The notes below the pieces were generated by a model. The model saw only the letters and a list, made by a program, of their open reading frames with translations, had not been told where the DNA came from and did no database searches. The position numbers and the translations under genes are program-made. A DNA stretch of 64,000 bases from NCBI RefSeq assembly GCF_046119375.1, contig NW_027362762.1, positions 858,390,001 through 858,454,000 of the forward strand. Reading direction: 5' to 3'. The stretch is from Phyllobates terribilis (Eukaryota). Below, one piece after another: positions 47,554 to 58,062 of this stretch (the first letter of the stretch is position 1; each line of letters begins with the position of its first letter).

Positions 47554-48495
47554 AACAAATAAAGTAGCACACTGTAACACTGAGTATATAGATGTGAAAT
47601 ATGAAATATGAATAGCATAACTGCTGTAAAAAATAGAAATAAATGAAAAATTTTTTGAAAATTTTTTTTAGCGCATGAAATATGAAGTATGGAAAATGAA
47701 TAGCATTACTGCTGTAAATAAATGAGAAATCTTAGCGCATAAATTGGCCAATTCATGTGTACCTGACAGCCGCGGTAAGGCGTTTCTCGATGTCAGGACC
47801 TACCAATGTGAATACCTCTCTAAGAGACCTCCGTCTGCTTATGTGTGGGAAAGACAGATCCTGATGCATTTAAAACCACCTGCGGCATGGGGGTGGGGGT
47901 GGAGTGCTCAGTCAACGCTAAATCTAGTAACAAAGAGAATGACGGCACTTCCACTACAAAAACTAGGTGTGAACAGGTGCTTACTAAGAGCAGCTACCTC
48001 CATATATAATGAACAAATAAAGTAGCACACTGTAACACTGAGTATATAGATGTGAAATATGAAATATGAATAGCATAACTGCTGTAAAAAATAGAAATAA
48101 ATGAAAAAAATTTTTAGCGCATGAAATATGAAGTATGGAAAATGAATAGCATTACTGCTGTAAATAAATGAGAAATCTTAGCGCCTTACCGCGGCTGTCA
48201 GGTACACATGAATTGGCCAATTTATGCGCTAAGATTTCTCATTTATTTACAGCAGTAATGCTATTCATTTTCCATACTTCATATTTCATGCGCTAAGAAA
48301 ATTTTTCAAAAAATTTTTCATTTATTTCTATTTTTTTACAGCAGTTATGCTATTCATATTTCATATTTCACATCTATATACTCAGTGTTACAGTGTGCTA
48401 CTTTATTTGTTCATTATATATGGAGGTAGCTGCTCTTAGTAAGCACCTGTTCACACCTAGTTTTTGTAGTGGAAGTGCCGTCATTCTCTTTGTTA
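47554..48495. mobile_element. Tandem-plus-inverted repeat insertion, probably a Penelope-like pseudo-LTR remnant
   Basis: A unit recurring after about 458 bp, followed by its inverted copy; 14-bp direct flanks CTACCATCACACTG (47540-47553, 48496-48509). Confidence 0.55.
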
Positions 48496-48509
48496 CTACC
48501 ATCACACTG

Positions 48510-48588
48510 GCTTACCTCAGAGGAGGAACACCACACTCCATTAAAAGTGCAGCATTCCTGTGGCGGTCGAACCCTCAGGGGCGCCACA
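48510..48588 (-). mobile_element. U3-end fragment of a tRNA-Ser family LTR
   Basis: GAACCCTCAGGGGCGCCACA is the reverse complement of the LTR start TGTGGCGCCCCTGAGGGTTC. Confidence 0.65.
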
Positions 48589-51013
48589 TTTACATCTCAG
48601 CAGGTGACTAATCCCCGGTCAACTGTCCGTCTTGGGGAGCACAGCGAGGAGAAGCCACAACGGCTGCAATAACTGAACTAGTTCCTGAATCAGATGACAG
48701 GCTGCTTTTAACATATTTTTTCTCTTAACCTTTTGTTTTTGTTTGTTAATACTCAGAACTTCCCCTTACTCTTATAGGAGTTTCCGGGTGATGGAAAACC
48801 CTCCAATGTTTCCCCATGCCAATTTACTTTGTTGTTTTGTTGGCTACATTAAAAATCCAATATAACAAAATAATAAAATAGAGGCAGTGATGGGTTTATG
48901 ACGCAGTTCACATGGTGGGACACAAACCACAATCAGGGTTTTCCTGTTGATTAGGGAAAGCATCGTTTTATGACGGCTCTGCTTCCTCTTTACATGTAAG
49001 TAGATTTATCACCAACACCATATTGTGGCTTTCTGACCTCCGCAGTCTGAATTTTCAAATGTCATGTCTCTGGTCGAGCTTAATTCTTTTTTTAATGAAG
49101 GTCCTTAAAGGGAAGCACAAAACGTCCCATTGTTTAAATCAGGTTTTTGTTTCAAATATTTTGTTTTTTTTACGATGTTTATATGTCATATCACAATCTT
49201 TATTAAAAAATACAAAATAGAAATCTTGCCGTTTTCACACTGACCACTGAGAATTTTTCAGACTCTAGCTTTGTGTTGCTTCAGGAAATCCACATGTACA
49301 TTAGCTGCAATGAAGAGACTCCGACCCTAAGTTTTGTATTAAAGCATCTAATGAGCGTGTGCACACATCATTGTGAAGGGAGGGGGAGCAGGTGAGCTGT
49401 GACATCGTCTATTGTGATTGGTGGATCCTGTGTTATAAGTGGTGTATAGACGTGTTAGGGTCTATGCACAGAGTGTATTTTATCCGCTGGCATTACCAAA
49501 TAATTTTTGCTGTAGAAAGACACTTCAAGAAAACGCTGGCGGTATTTTACTTAAAGCGTCTTTACTGACGTTGTTTTACACATCTTTTTTTGCCTGTAAT
49601 GTCTTTTTCTTTAAATTCTAAATAAAAAATAATGGCACCTTCAAAGTGGAAGCCACTAGAAGAAAGGACCAGTCAATTCTTTTAACCACATCACACCTTT
49701 CAAAGCCTGAAGCAGATAAAAGAAGTAAAAAAAAACTAGAGCATTTGCACAGCAAGTGATTTTGACATTGCTGTGCATATGTTAATTTTTTATGTTTTTT
49801 ACCACTTTTTCAGGTGGGTTCCAAGCAGAATCTGTGCACATACCCTTACCTGTCATTCAGGGGCATACATAAAATTGGTGCAATCTGTGCAGCCCCAGAT
49901 GTAATGGGGCCCATTACTACCTCAAAAGCAGGTGGAATTATGCATCTTTTCCCCTTTTCCTAGAGCCTTAACTTTTTTATTTTTCCATCGAAATAGCCAT
50001 ATGAGGGCTTGTTTCTAGCAGGACAAGTTGTATTTTGAATGACACCATATCATGTGATGTACTGGAAAGCGGTAAATAAAATGCCAAGTGCAACGAAATT
50101 TCGAAAAAAGTACAATCCCACAATTTTTTTTTCTTTTTTTATGCACCATGTTCACTATACCATAAGCGACCTGGCAATATGATTCTCTAAGTCAGGGGTC
50201 CTCAAACTTTTTAAACAGGGGGCCAGTTCACGGTCCCTCAGACCATTGGAGGGCCGGAATATAGTTTTTAAAAAAAACTATGAACAAATTCCTATGCACA
50301 CTGCACATATCTTATTTTGTAGTAAAAAAAACAATACAGGAACAAATACAATATTTAAAATGAAGAACAAGTAAAATTAAATCAACCGGTATTTCAATAG
50401 GTAGGTAACTGTACCCAATAGGCAGCATAGGTCCTCAATAGGCAGGTAAATGTCCCCAATAGGCAGCATAGGTCCTCAATAGGCAGGTAAATGTCCCCAA
50501 TAGGCAGGTAAATATCCCCAATAGGCTGCATAGGTCCCCAATAGGCAGGTAAATGTCCCCAATAGGCAGCATAGGTCCCCAATAGGCAGGTAAATGTCCC
50601 CAATAGGCAGGTAAATTTCCCCAATAGGCAGGTAAATATCCCCAATAGGCAGCATAGGTCCTCAATGGGCAGGTAAATGTCCCCAATAGGCAGGTAAATG
50701 TCCCCAATAGGCAGGTAAATGTCCCCAATAGGCAGCATAGGTCCTCAATGGGCAGGTAAATGTTCCCAATAGGCAGGCTGTTTCCCCCTTATAATGCCAT
50801 ATGCAGGCTGTTCCCCCCTTATAATGCTCCATGCTGGATGCCACCCCCCATATAATGCCCCATGCAGCATGTCACCCCCCCATATAATGCAGCATGTCAC
50901 CCCCCCATATTATGCCCCATGCAGCATGTCACCCACCCCCCCATATTATGCCCCATGCAGGATGTCCCTTTCCCCTCATATAATGCTCCATGCAGGATGT
51001 CCCTTTCCCCCCA

Positions 51014-54000
51014 TATTATTATTATTATTATTATTTATTATTATAGCGCTATTTATTCCATGGCGCTTTACATGTGAAAAAGGGGGTATAATACAAGAAC
51101 AATTTCAATAATCTTGAACACAATGTGACAGCGACTGGTACAGGCGGAGCGAGGACCCTGCCCGCGAGGGCTCACAATCTACGAGGGATGGGTGAGGATA
51201 CAGTAGGTGAGGGTAGAGCTGGTCGTGCAGCGGTATGGTGGAGCGGTGGTTACTGCAGGTTGTAGGCTTGTCGGAAGAGGTGGGTCTTCAGGTTCCTTTT
51301 GAAGGTTTCCACGGTAGGCGAGAGTCTGATACGTTGGGGTAGAGAGTTCCAGAGTAGGGCGGAAGCACGGGAGAAATCTTGTATACGGTTGTGGGAGGAG
51401 GAGATAAGAGGGGAGTAGAGCAGGAGATCTTGTGAGGATCGGAGGTTGCGTGCAGGTATGTAACGGGAGACTAGGTCGGAGATATATGGAGGAGACAGGT
51501 TGTGAATGGCTTTGTATGTCATGGTTAGGGTTTTGAACTGGAGTCTCTGAGCAATGGGGAGCCAGTGAAGAGATTGACAGAGAGGAGAGGCCGGGGAATA
51601 GCGGGGGGACAGGTGGATTAGTCGAGCAGCAGAGTTTATGATAGATTGGAGGGGTGCGAGAGTGTTAGAGGGGAGGCCACAGAGCAGGAGGTTGCAGTAG
51701 TCAAGGCGGGAGATGATGAGGGCGTGCACTAGTGTTTTTGCAGATTCATGGTTTAGGAATGTGCGGATCCGGGAGATATTTTTAAGTTGGAGTCGGCAGG
51801 AAGTGGAAAGGGCTTGGATATGTGGTTTGAAGGAGAGTTCCGAGTCCAGGGTTACCCCGAGGCAGCGAGCTTGAGGGACTGGGGAGAGTGGGCAGCCATT
51901 GACTATGATGGATAGGTCAGTTGGGAGGGTTGAATGAGATGGCGGAAAGATGATGAATTCTGTTTTGTCCATGTTAAGTTTTAGAAATCTAGCAGAGAAG
52001 AAGGAGGAAATAGCAGACAGACATTGTGGGATTTTGGTTAATACGGAGGTGATATCGGGTCCAGAGAGGTAGATCTGTGTGTCATCAGCATAGAGGTGAT
52101 AATGAAAGCCATGAGACTCTATGAGCTGTCCCAGGCCTAAGGTGTAGATGGAGAAGAGCAGGGGTCCTAGAACTGAACCTTGGGGGACACCGACAGATAG
52201 GGGGTGAGATGAAGAGGTGGTGTGTGAGTGGGAGACACTGAATGTCCGGTCTGTTAGGTATGAGGAGATCCAGGATAGGGCCAAGTCTGTGATGCCGAGA
52301 GATGAGAGAGTCTGTAGTAAGAGGGAATGGTCCACTGTGTCAAAGGCAGATGACAGGTCTAGGAGGAGGAGGACAGAGTAGTGTCGCTTAGATTTGGCGG
52401 TTAGTAGGTCGTTTGTGACTTTAGTCAGTGCAGTTTCAGTAGAATGGTGCGGTCGGAAACCAGATTGTAGGCGGTCAAAAAGGGAGCAGGAGGAGAGGTG
52501 GGAGGACAGTTCAGAATGGACATGTTGTTCCAGTAGTTTTGAGGCATAGGGGAGAAGTGATATGGGGCGATAGCTAGACACAGAGGATGGGTCAAGGGAG
52601 GGCTTTTTGAGGATGGGTGTGATTGAGGCATGTTTGAAACATGAGGGGAAGACACCAGTTGTTAGTGACAGGTTGAAGAGGTGGGCTAGGGCTGGGATGA
52701 AGATAGTGGTAAGGTTTGGGATGAGGTGGGACGGGATTGGGTCAAGTTTACAGGTGGTGAGGTGTGATTTGGAGAGTAAGGAGGAAAGTTGATCTTCAGA
52801 AATGGTGGAGAATGTAGTTTTGGAGGAGGAGGGTTGAGTAGGTGTGGGGAGGGGCTGTGGGGGCTTTAGGCAAAAGCTTTGTCTGATGGTGTCAATCTTC
52901 TGCTTGAAGAATGAGGCAAAGTCTTCGGCTGAAATAAGAGGAGAGGGAGGAGGCACTGGGGGACGGAGGAGAGAATTGAAGGTGTTGAATAGTTGTTTGG
53001 GGTTGTGGGACAGGGAGGATATGAGAGATGTGAAGTATGTTTGTTTTGCTGCAGTGAGTGTGGACTTGAAGGTAGTGAGGGACTGTTTGAATGCGATGAA
53101 GTGCTCATGGGAGTGGGACCTTTTCCATCTACGTTCAGCAGCCCTGGAGGCCCGTCGCAGTTCTTTAGTTAGGCTGGTGTGCCAGGGTTGTCTGTTGATT
53201 GTGCGAGTCTTGGTATGCATGAGGGGGGCGACCGAATCGAGAGCTGCAGCTGTTGTGGTGTTGTACAAAGTGGCAGCAGCATCTGCATCATGTAAGGAAC
53301 TAATGTCTGTAAGAGGGAGGAGGGATTCAGAGAGAGAGTGTAGGTCAAGGTGTTTGAGATTTCTACGAGGGTATTCAAGTTTGTGGAGTGGGGATTGTTG
53401 CCCCGGGGAGGAGAGAGAAGAGAATGTGAGTAGGTTGTGGTCAGAGAGAGGGAGAGGTGAGTTAGAGAGGTTAGATAGGGAACAGAGGCGGGTGAAGATG
53501 AGGTCCAGCGTGTGGCCGTCTTTGTGGGTGGGTGTGGAAGACCACTGGGTAAGACCAAAGGAGGAAGTGAGGGATAGAAGCTTAGAGGCAGCTGAGAGGG
53601 AAGTATCAATGGGGATGTTAAAGTCGCCCATGAGGATAGTGGGGATGTCAACAGAGAGGAAATGAAGTAGCCAGGTGGTGAAGTGGTCAAAGAAAGTGGT
53701 GGCTGATCCTGGGGGGCGGTAGATGACAGCCAGTTGGAGGTTGGAGGGGGAGTAGATGCGCACACAGTGCACCTCAAAAGACGGGAGAGTAATTGCGGGC
53801 GGCAGTGGGATCTGGGTGAAGGAGCAGTTTTCTGAGAGGAGGAAACCTATTCCTCCACCGTGCTTGCCGTTGGGGCGGGGGGTATGGGAGAGGTGGAATC
53901 CGCCATACGAAAGTGCAGCAGGAGAGGCTGTGTCGGAGGGGGTGAGCCAGGTTTCAGTGATTCCGAGGAAGGAAAGCTTGTTAGTGATGAAGAGATCGTG

Positions 54001-54423
54001 AATGTAGGAAAGTTTATTGCAGACAGAGCGAGCGTTCCATAGAGCTCCTGTTAGTGGAACTGGGGAAGCGGGGGCTGGGCAGATGGGTGTAAGGTTAGAA
54101 GGGTTACGAGAGTTTGGGATAGATCGGGGGTAGGAGGTGGAAGTGAATGTAGGGATGTGGTGAGGAGGGCCAGGATTTGGAGAGATGTCGCCGGCAGTAA
54201 GGAGGAGCAGAGAAAGCGTTATTAGGTGGGAGCAGGAGAGGGCATGAGGTGGCTGTCTGTGTTTGGAGACAAAGGATTGTATGTTGTGGAATAGCTCTGA
54301 GGAAGAGGTGAGATGGGTGGGGAGAATGGAGGGAGAGATGAAGAGTTCCTTTCCCGGTGTAGGGATTAGGGGTGGTTGAAAGAAGTGAAGGATTAAGGGG
54401 GTGAGAATGAAAACAAAAACAAA
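51014..54423 (-). mobile_element. L2/CR1-group LINE with (AAT)n tail
   Basis: Tail at 51014-51044 (plus strand ATT repeats), short 3' UTR, full APE-RT ORF; interrupts a 31-bp minisatellite. Confidence 0.92.
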
Positions 54424-54450
54424 CATATAATGCCGAATGCAGGATGTCAC
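51250..54450 (-). CDS. L2 ORF2 (APE endonuclease plus reverse transcriptase), uninterrupted
   Basis: WNARS, ITETWL, GDFN, SDH (APE); [31 protein letters not shown] (RT). The first ~9 codons of the tracked ORF lie in flanking minisatellite, so the true start is uncertain. Confidence 0.92.
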   Translation of the reverse strand: MTSCIRHYMFVFVFILTPLILHFFQPPLIPTPGKELFISPSILPTHLTSSSELFHNIQSFVSKHRQPPHALSCSHLITLSLLLLTAGDISPNPGPPHHIPTFTSTSYPRSIPNSRNPSNLTPICPAPASPVPLTGALWNARSVCNKLSYIHDLFITNKLSFLGITETWLTPSDTASPAALSYGGFHLSHTPRPNGKHGGGIGFLLSENCSFTQIPLPPAITLPSFEVHCVRIYSPSNLQLAVIYRPPGSATTFFDHFTTWLLHFLSVDIPTILMGDFNIPIDTSLSAASKLLSLTSSFGLTQWSSTPTHKDGHTLDLIFTRLCSLSNLSNSPLPLSDHNLLTFSSLSSPGQQSPLHKLEYPRRNLKHLDLHSLSESLLPLTDISSLHDADAAATLYNTTTAAALDSVAPLMHTKTRTINRQPWHTSLTKELRRASRAAERRWKRSHSHEHFIAFKQSLTTFKSTLTAAKQTYFTSLISSLSHNPKQLFNTFNSLLRPPVPPPSPLISAEDFASFFKQKIDTIRQSFCLKPPQPLPTPTQPSSSKTTFSTISEDQLSSLLSKSHLTTCKLDPIPSHLIPNLTTIFIPALAHLFNLSLTTGVFPSCFKHASITPILKKPSLDPSSVSSYRPISLLPYASKLLEQHVHSELSSHLSSCSLFDRLQSGFRPHHSTETALTKVTNDLLTAKSKRHYSVLLLLDLSSAFDTVDHSLLLQTLSSLGITDLALSWISSYLTDRTFSVSHSHTTSSSHPLSVGVPQGSVLGPLLFSIYTLGLGQLIESHGFHYHLYADDTQIYLSGPDITSVLTKIPQCLSAISSFFSARFLKLNMDKTEFIIFPPSHSTLPTDLSIIVNGCPLSPVPQARCLGVTLDSELSFKPHIQALSTSCRLQLKNISRIRTFLNHESAKTLVHALIISRLDYCNLLLCGLPSNTLAPLQSIINSAARLIHLSPRYSPASPLCQSLHWLPIAQRLQFKTLTMTYKAIHNLSPPYISDLVSRYIPARNLRSSQDLLLYSPLISSSHNRIQDFSRASALLWNSLPQRIRLSPTVETFKRNLKTHLFRQAYNLQ

Positions 54451-55194
54451 CCCCCATATAATGCCCCATGCAGCATGTCACCCCCCCATATAATGCCCCA
54501 TGCAGCATGTCACCCCCCCATATAATGCCCCATGCAGCATGTCATCCCCCCATATAATGCCACATGCAGCATGTCATCCCCCCCATATAATGCCCCATGC
54601 AGCATGTCATACCCCCCATATTATGCCCCATGCAGGATGTCACCCCCCATATCATGCCCCATGCAGGATGTCACCCCCCCATATAATGCCCCATGCAGGA
54701 TGTCACCCCCCCATATTATACCCCTTGCAGGATGTCACCCCCCCCCCATACATTTAAAAAAAAAAAAAAAAAATCCAATACTCACCTCACTTCTCACTTG
54801 CTGCCGCTGCTCTACTCTGGTCTGGACTCCAGCGTCGCGGCGTCGTCGTCCCGCTCTGCGCTGCCTGTGACGGCACTCGGGAGGGCGCGGTGTAAAGATG
54901 TCACCGCACCCTCTGACCTGAGACGTCACAGGAAGCGCAGAGCAGGAAGACAGCGGATCTGCAGAGGCACGGGGAGAGGTAAGTATCCGCCTGCCGGGGC
55001 CCTAAGCAGGCGGGGGAGAAGGGCGGGCGCTGACACCGCTCTCCCCTCCTCCGCCCATAGCCCGGCGGGCCGGATAAAAGTCCTCCGCGGGCCGCATGTG
55101 GCCTGCGGACCGTAGTTTGAGGACCCCTGCTCTAAGTCAATACAATTATAGTGATCCCAAACATGTATAGTTTTTTTAATTATTATTATATATA

Positions 55195-56807
55195 CAGTAC
55201 AGACCAAAAGTTTGGACACACCTCATTTAAAGATTTTTCTGTATTTTCATGACTATGAAAATTGTACATTCACACTGAAGGCATCAAAACTATGAATTAA
55301 CACATGTGGAATTATATACTTAACAAAAAAGTGTGAAACAACTGAAAATATGTCTTATATTCTAGGTTCTTCAAAGTAGCAACCTTTTGCTTTGATGACT
55401 GCTTTGCACACTCTTGGCATTCTCTTGATGAGCTTCAAGAGGTAGTCTTCCAACAATCTTGAAGGAGTTCCCAGAGATGCTTAGCACTTGTTGGCCCTTT
55501 TGCCTTCACTCTGCTGTCCAGCTCACCCCAAACCATCTTGATTGGGTTCAGGTCTGGTGACTGTGGAGGCCAGGTCATTTGGCGTAGCAACCCATCGCTC
55601 GTCTTCTTGGTCAAATAGCCCTTACACAGCCTGGAGGTGTGTTTGGGGTCATTGTCCTGTTGAAAAATAAATGATGGTCCAACTAAACGCAAACCGGATG
55701 GAATAGCATGCCGCCGCAAGATGCTGTGGTAGTCATGCTGGTTCAGTATGCCTTCAATTTTGAATAAATCCCCAACAGTGTCACCAGCAAAGCACCCCCA
55801 CACCATCACACTTCCTCCTCCATGCTTCATGGTGGGAACCAGGCACGTAGAGTCCATACGTTCACCTTTTCTGCGTCACACAAAGACACGGTGGTTGGAA
55901 CCAAAGATCTCAAATTTGGACTCATCAAACCAAAGCACAGATTTCCACTGGTCTAATGTCCATTCCTTGTGCTCTTTAGCCCAAACAAGTCTCTTCTGCT
56001 TGTTGCCTGTCCTTAGCAGTGGTTTCCTAGCAGCTATTTTACCATGAAGGCCTGCTGCACAAAGTCTCCTCTTAACAGTTGTTGAAGAGATGTGTCTGCT
56101 GCTAGAACTCTGTGTGGCATTGACCTGGTCTCTAATCTGAGCTGCTGTTAACCTGAGATTTCTGAGGCTGGTGACTAGGATAAACTTATCCTCAGAAGCA
56201 GAGGTGATTCTTGGTCTTCCTTTCCTGGGGCGGTCCTCATGTGAGCCAGTTTCTTTGTAGCGCTTGATGGTTTTTGCAACTGCACTTGGGGACACTTTCA
56301 AAGTTTTCACAATTTTTCACACTGACTGACCTTCATTTCTTAAAGCAATGATGGCCACTCATTTTTCTTTACTTAGCTGCTTTTTTCTTTCCATAATACG
56401 AATTCTAACAGTCTATTCAGTAGGACTATCAGCTGTGTATCCACCAGACTTCTGCACAACACAACTGATGGTCCCAATCCCATGTATAAGGCAAGAAATC
56501 CCACTTATTAAACCTGACAGGGCACACCTGTGAAGTGAAGACCATTTCCGGTGACTACCTCTTGAAGGTCATCAAGAGAATGCCAAGAGTGTGCAAAGCA
56601 GTCATCAAAGCAAAAGGTGGCTACTTTGAAAAACCTAGAATATAAACATATTTTCAGTTGTTTCACACTTTTTTGTTAAGTATATAATTCCACATGTGTT
56701 AATTCATAGTTTTGATGCCTTCAGTGTGAATGTACAATTTTCATAGTCATGAAAATACAGAAAAATCTTTAAATGAGAAGGTGTGTCCAAACTTTTGGTC
56801 TGTACTA
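55195..56807 (-). mobile_element. Tc1-family DNA transposon, full length, long TIRs
   Basis: TIRs of about 200 bp starting CAGTACAGACCAAAAGTTTGGACACACC, in TA context. Confidence 0.92.
55370..56350 (-). pseudogene. Inactivated Tc1 transposase
   Basis: HTH region and DESKF, QDNDPKH, SPDLNPIK (third catalytic E read as K); in-frame TGA at 55876 and a frameshifting deletion near 55445. Confidence 0.9.
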
Positions 56808-56823
56808 TATATATACATATATA

Positions 56824-56868
<45 letters not shown>

Positions 56869-56884
56869 CATACACACACACACA
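56806..56884. repeat. (TA)n-(CA)n microsatellite between two Tc1 elements
   Basis: Directly visible. Confidence 0.95.
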
Positions 56885-58062
56885 CGTACTTCTCACAAAA
56901 TTAGAATATCATCAAAAAGATCATTTATTTCAGTTCTTCAATACAAAAAGTGAAACGCATATATTATATAGAGTCATTACAAACAGAGTGATCTATGTCA
57001 AGTGTATTTCTGTTAATGTTGATTATGGCTTACAGCCAATGAAAACACTAAAGTCATCATCTCAGTAAATTAGAATACTTTATAACAACAGCTTGAAAAA
57101 TTATTTTAAAATCCGAATTGTTGGCCTACTGAAATGTATGTTCAGTAAATGAACTCAATACTTGGTCGGCGCTCCTTTTGCATCAATTACTGCATCAATG
57201 CGGCGTGGCATGGAGGCGATCAGCCTGTGGCACTGCTGAGGTGTTATGTAAGCCCAGGTTGCTTTGATAGCAGCCTTCAGCTCGTCTGCATTGTTGGGTC
57301 TGGTGTCTCATCTTCCTCTTGACAATACCCCATAGATTCTCTATAATAGATTTTCTATGGGGTTAAGGTCAGGCGAGTTTGCTGGCCAATCAAGCACAGT
57401 GATACTGTTGTTTTTAAACCAGGTATTGGTACTTTTGGCAGTGTGGACAGGTGCCAAGTCCTGGTGGAGAATGACATTTCCATTTCTAAAAAGCTTGTAG
57501 GCAGAGGGAAGCATGAAGTGCTCTAAAATTTCCTGGTAGACGGCTGTGCTGACTTTGGTCTTGATAAAACACAGTAGACCTACACCAGCAGATGACATGG
57601 CTCCCCAAACCATCACTGATTGTGGAAACTTCACACTAGACCTCAAGCAGCTTGGATTGTGTGCCTCTCTACTCTTCCTCCAGACTCTGGGATCTTGATT
57701 TCCAAATGACAATTGGAACTCTGGGACCTTGTGGAGTGTGTCAATGCCTGCCTTTTTGACATCTGTCAAGTCAGCAGTCTTCCCCATGATTGTGGAGCCT
57801 ACTGAAACAGACTAAGGGACCTTTTTTAACGCTTTGGAAGCCTTTGCAGGTGTTTTTTGTTAATTATTTTAATTTACTGAGATAATGACTTTTGTATTTT
57901 CATTGGCTGTAAGCCATAATCATCAACATTAACAGAAATAAACACTTGAAATAGATCACTCTGTTTGTAATGACTCTATATAATATGAGTTTCACTTTTT
58001 GTATTGAAGAACTGAAATAAATAAATGTTTTGATGATATTCTAATTTTGTGAGATTAACCTG
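56883..58062 (-). mobile_element. Second Tc1-family element, internally deleted
   Basis: TIRs CTCACAAAATTAGAATATCATCAAAA / TTTTGATGATATTCTAATTTTGTGAG; partial transposase at 57341-57787 (VMVWG, HQDLAPVH, NSPDLNPIEN). Confidence 0.88.

Larger units (their letters stand above)
50193..55129. mobile_element. Non-autonomous hAT (Charlie-like) element containing minisatellites and an L2 insertion
   Basis: TIRs CAGGGGTCCTCAAACT / AGTTTGAGGACCCCTG; exact 8-bp TSD CTCTAAGT. Confidence 0.88.

Noticed and set aside
46310-48588. A single two-LTR element
   Set aside because: No PBS or PPT next to the LTRs, the two ends are of different subfamilies, and flanks (TATG versus TTTA) do not match.
52844-53665. 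273-aa antisense ORF in the L2
   Set aside because: Typical shadow ORF opposite a codon-biased ORF2.
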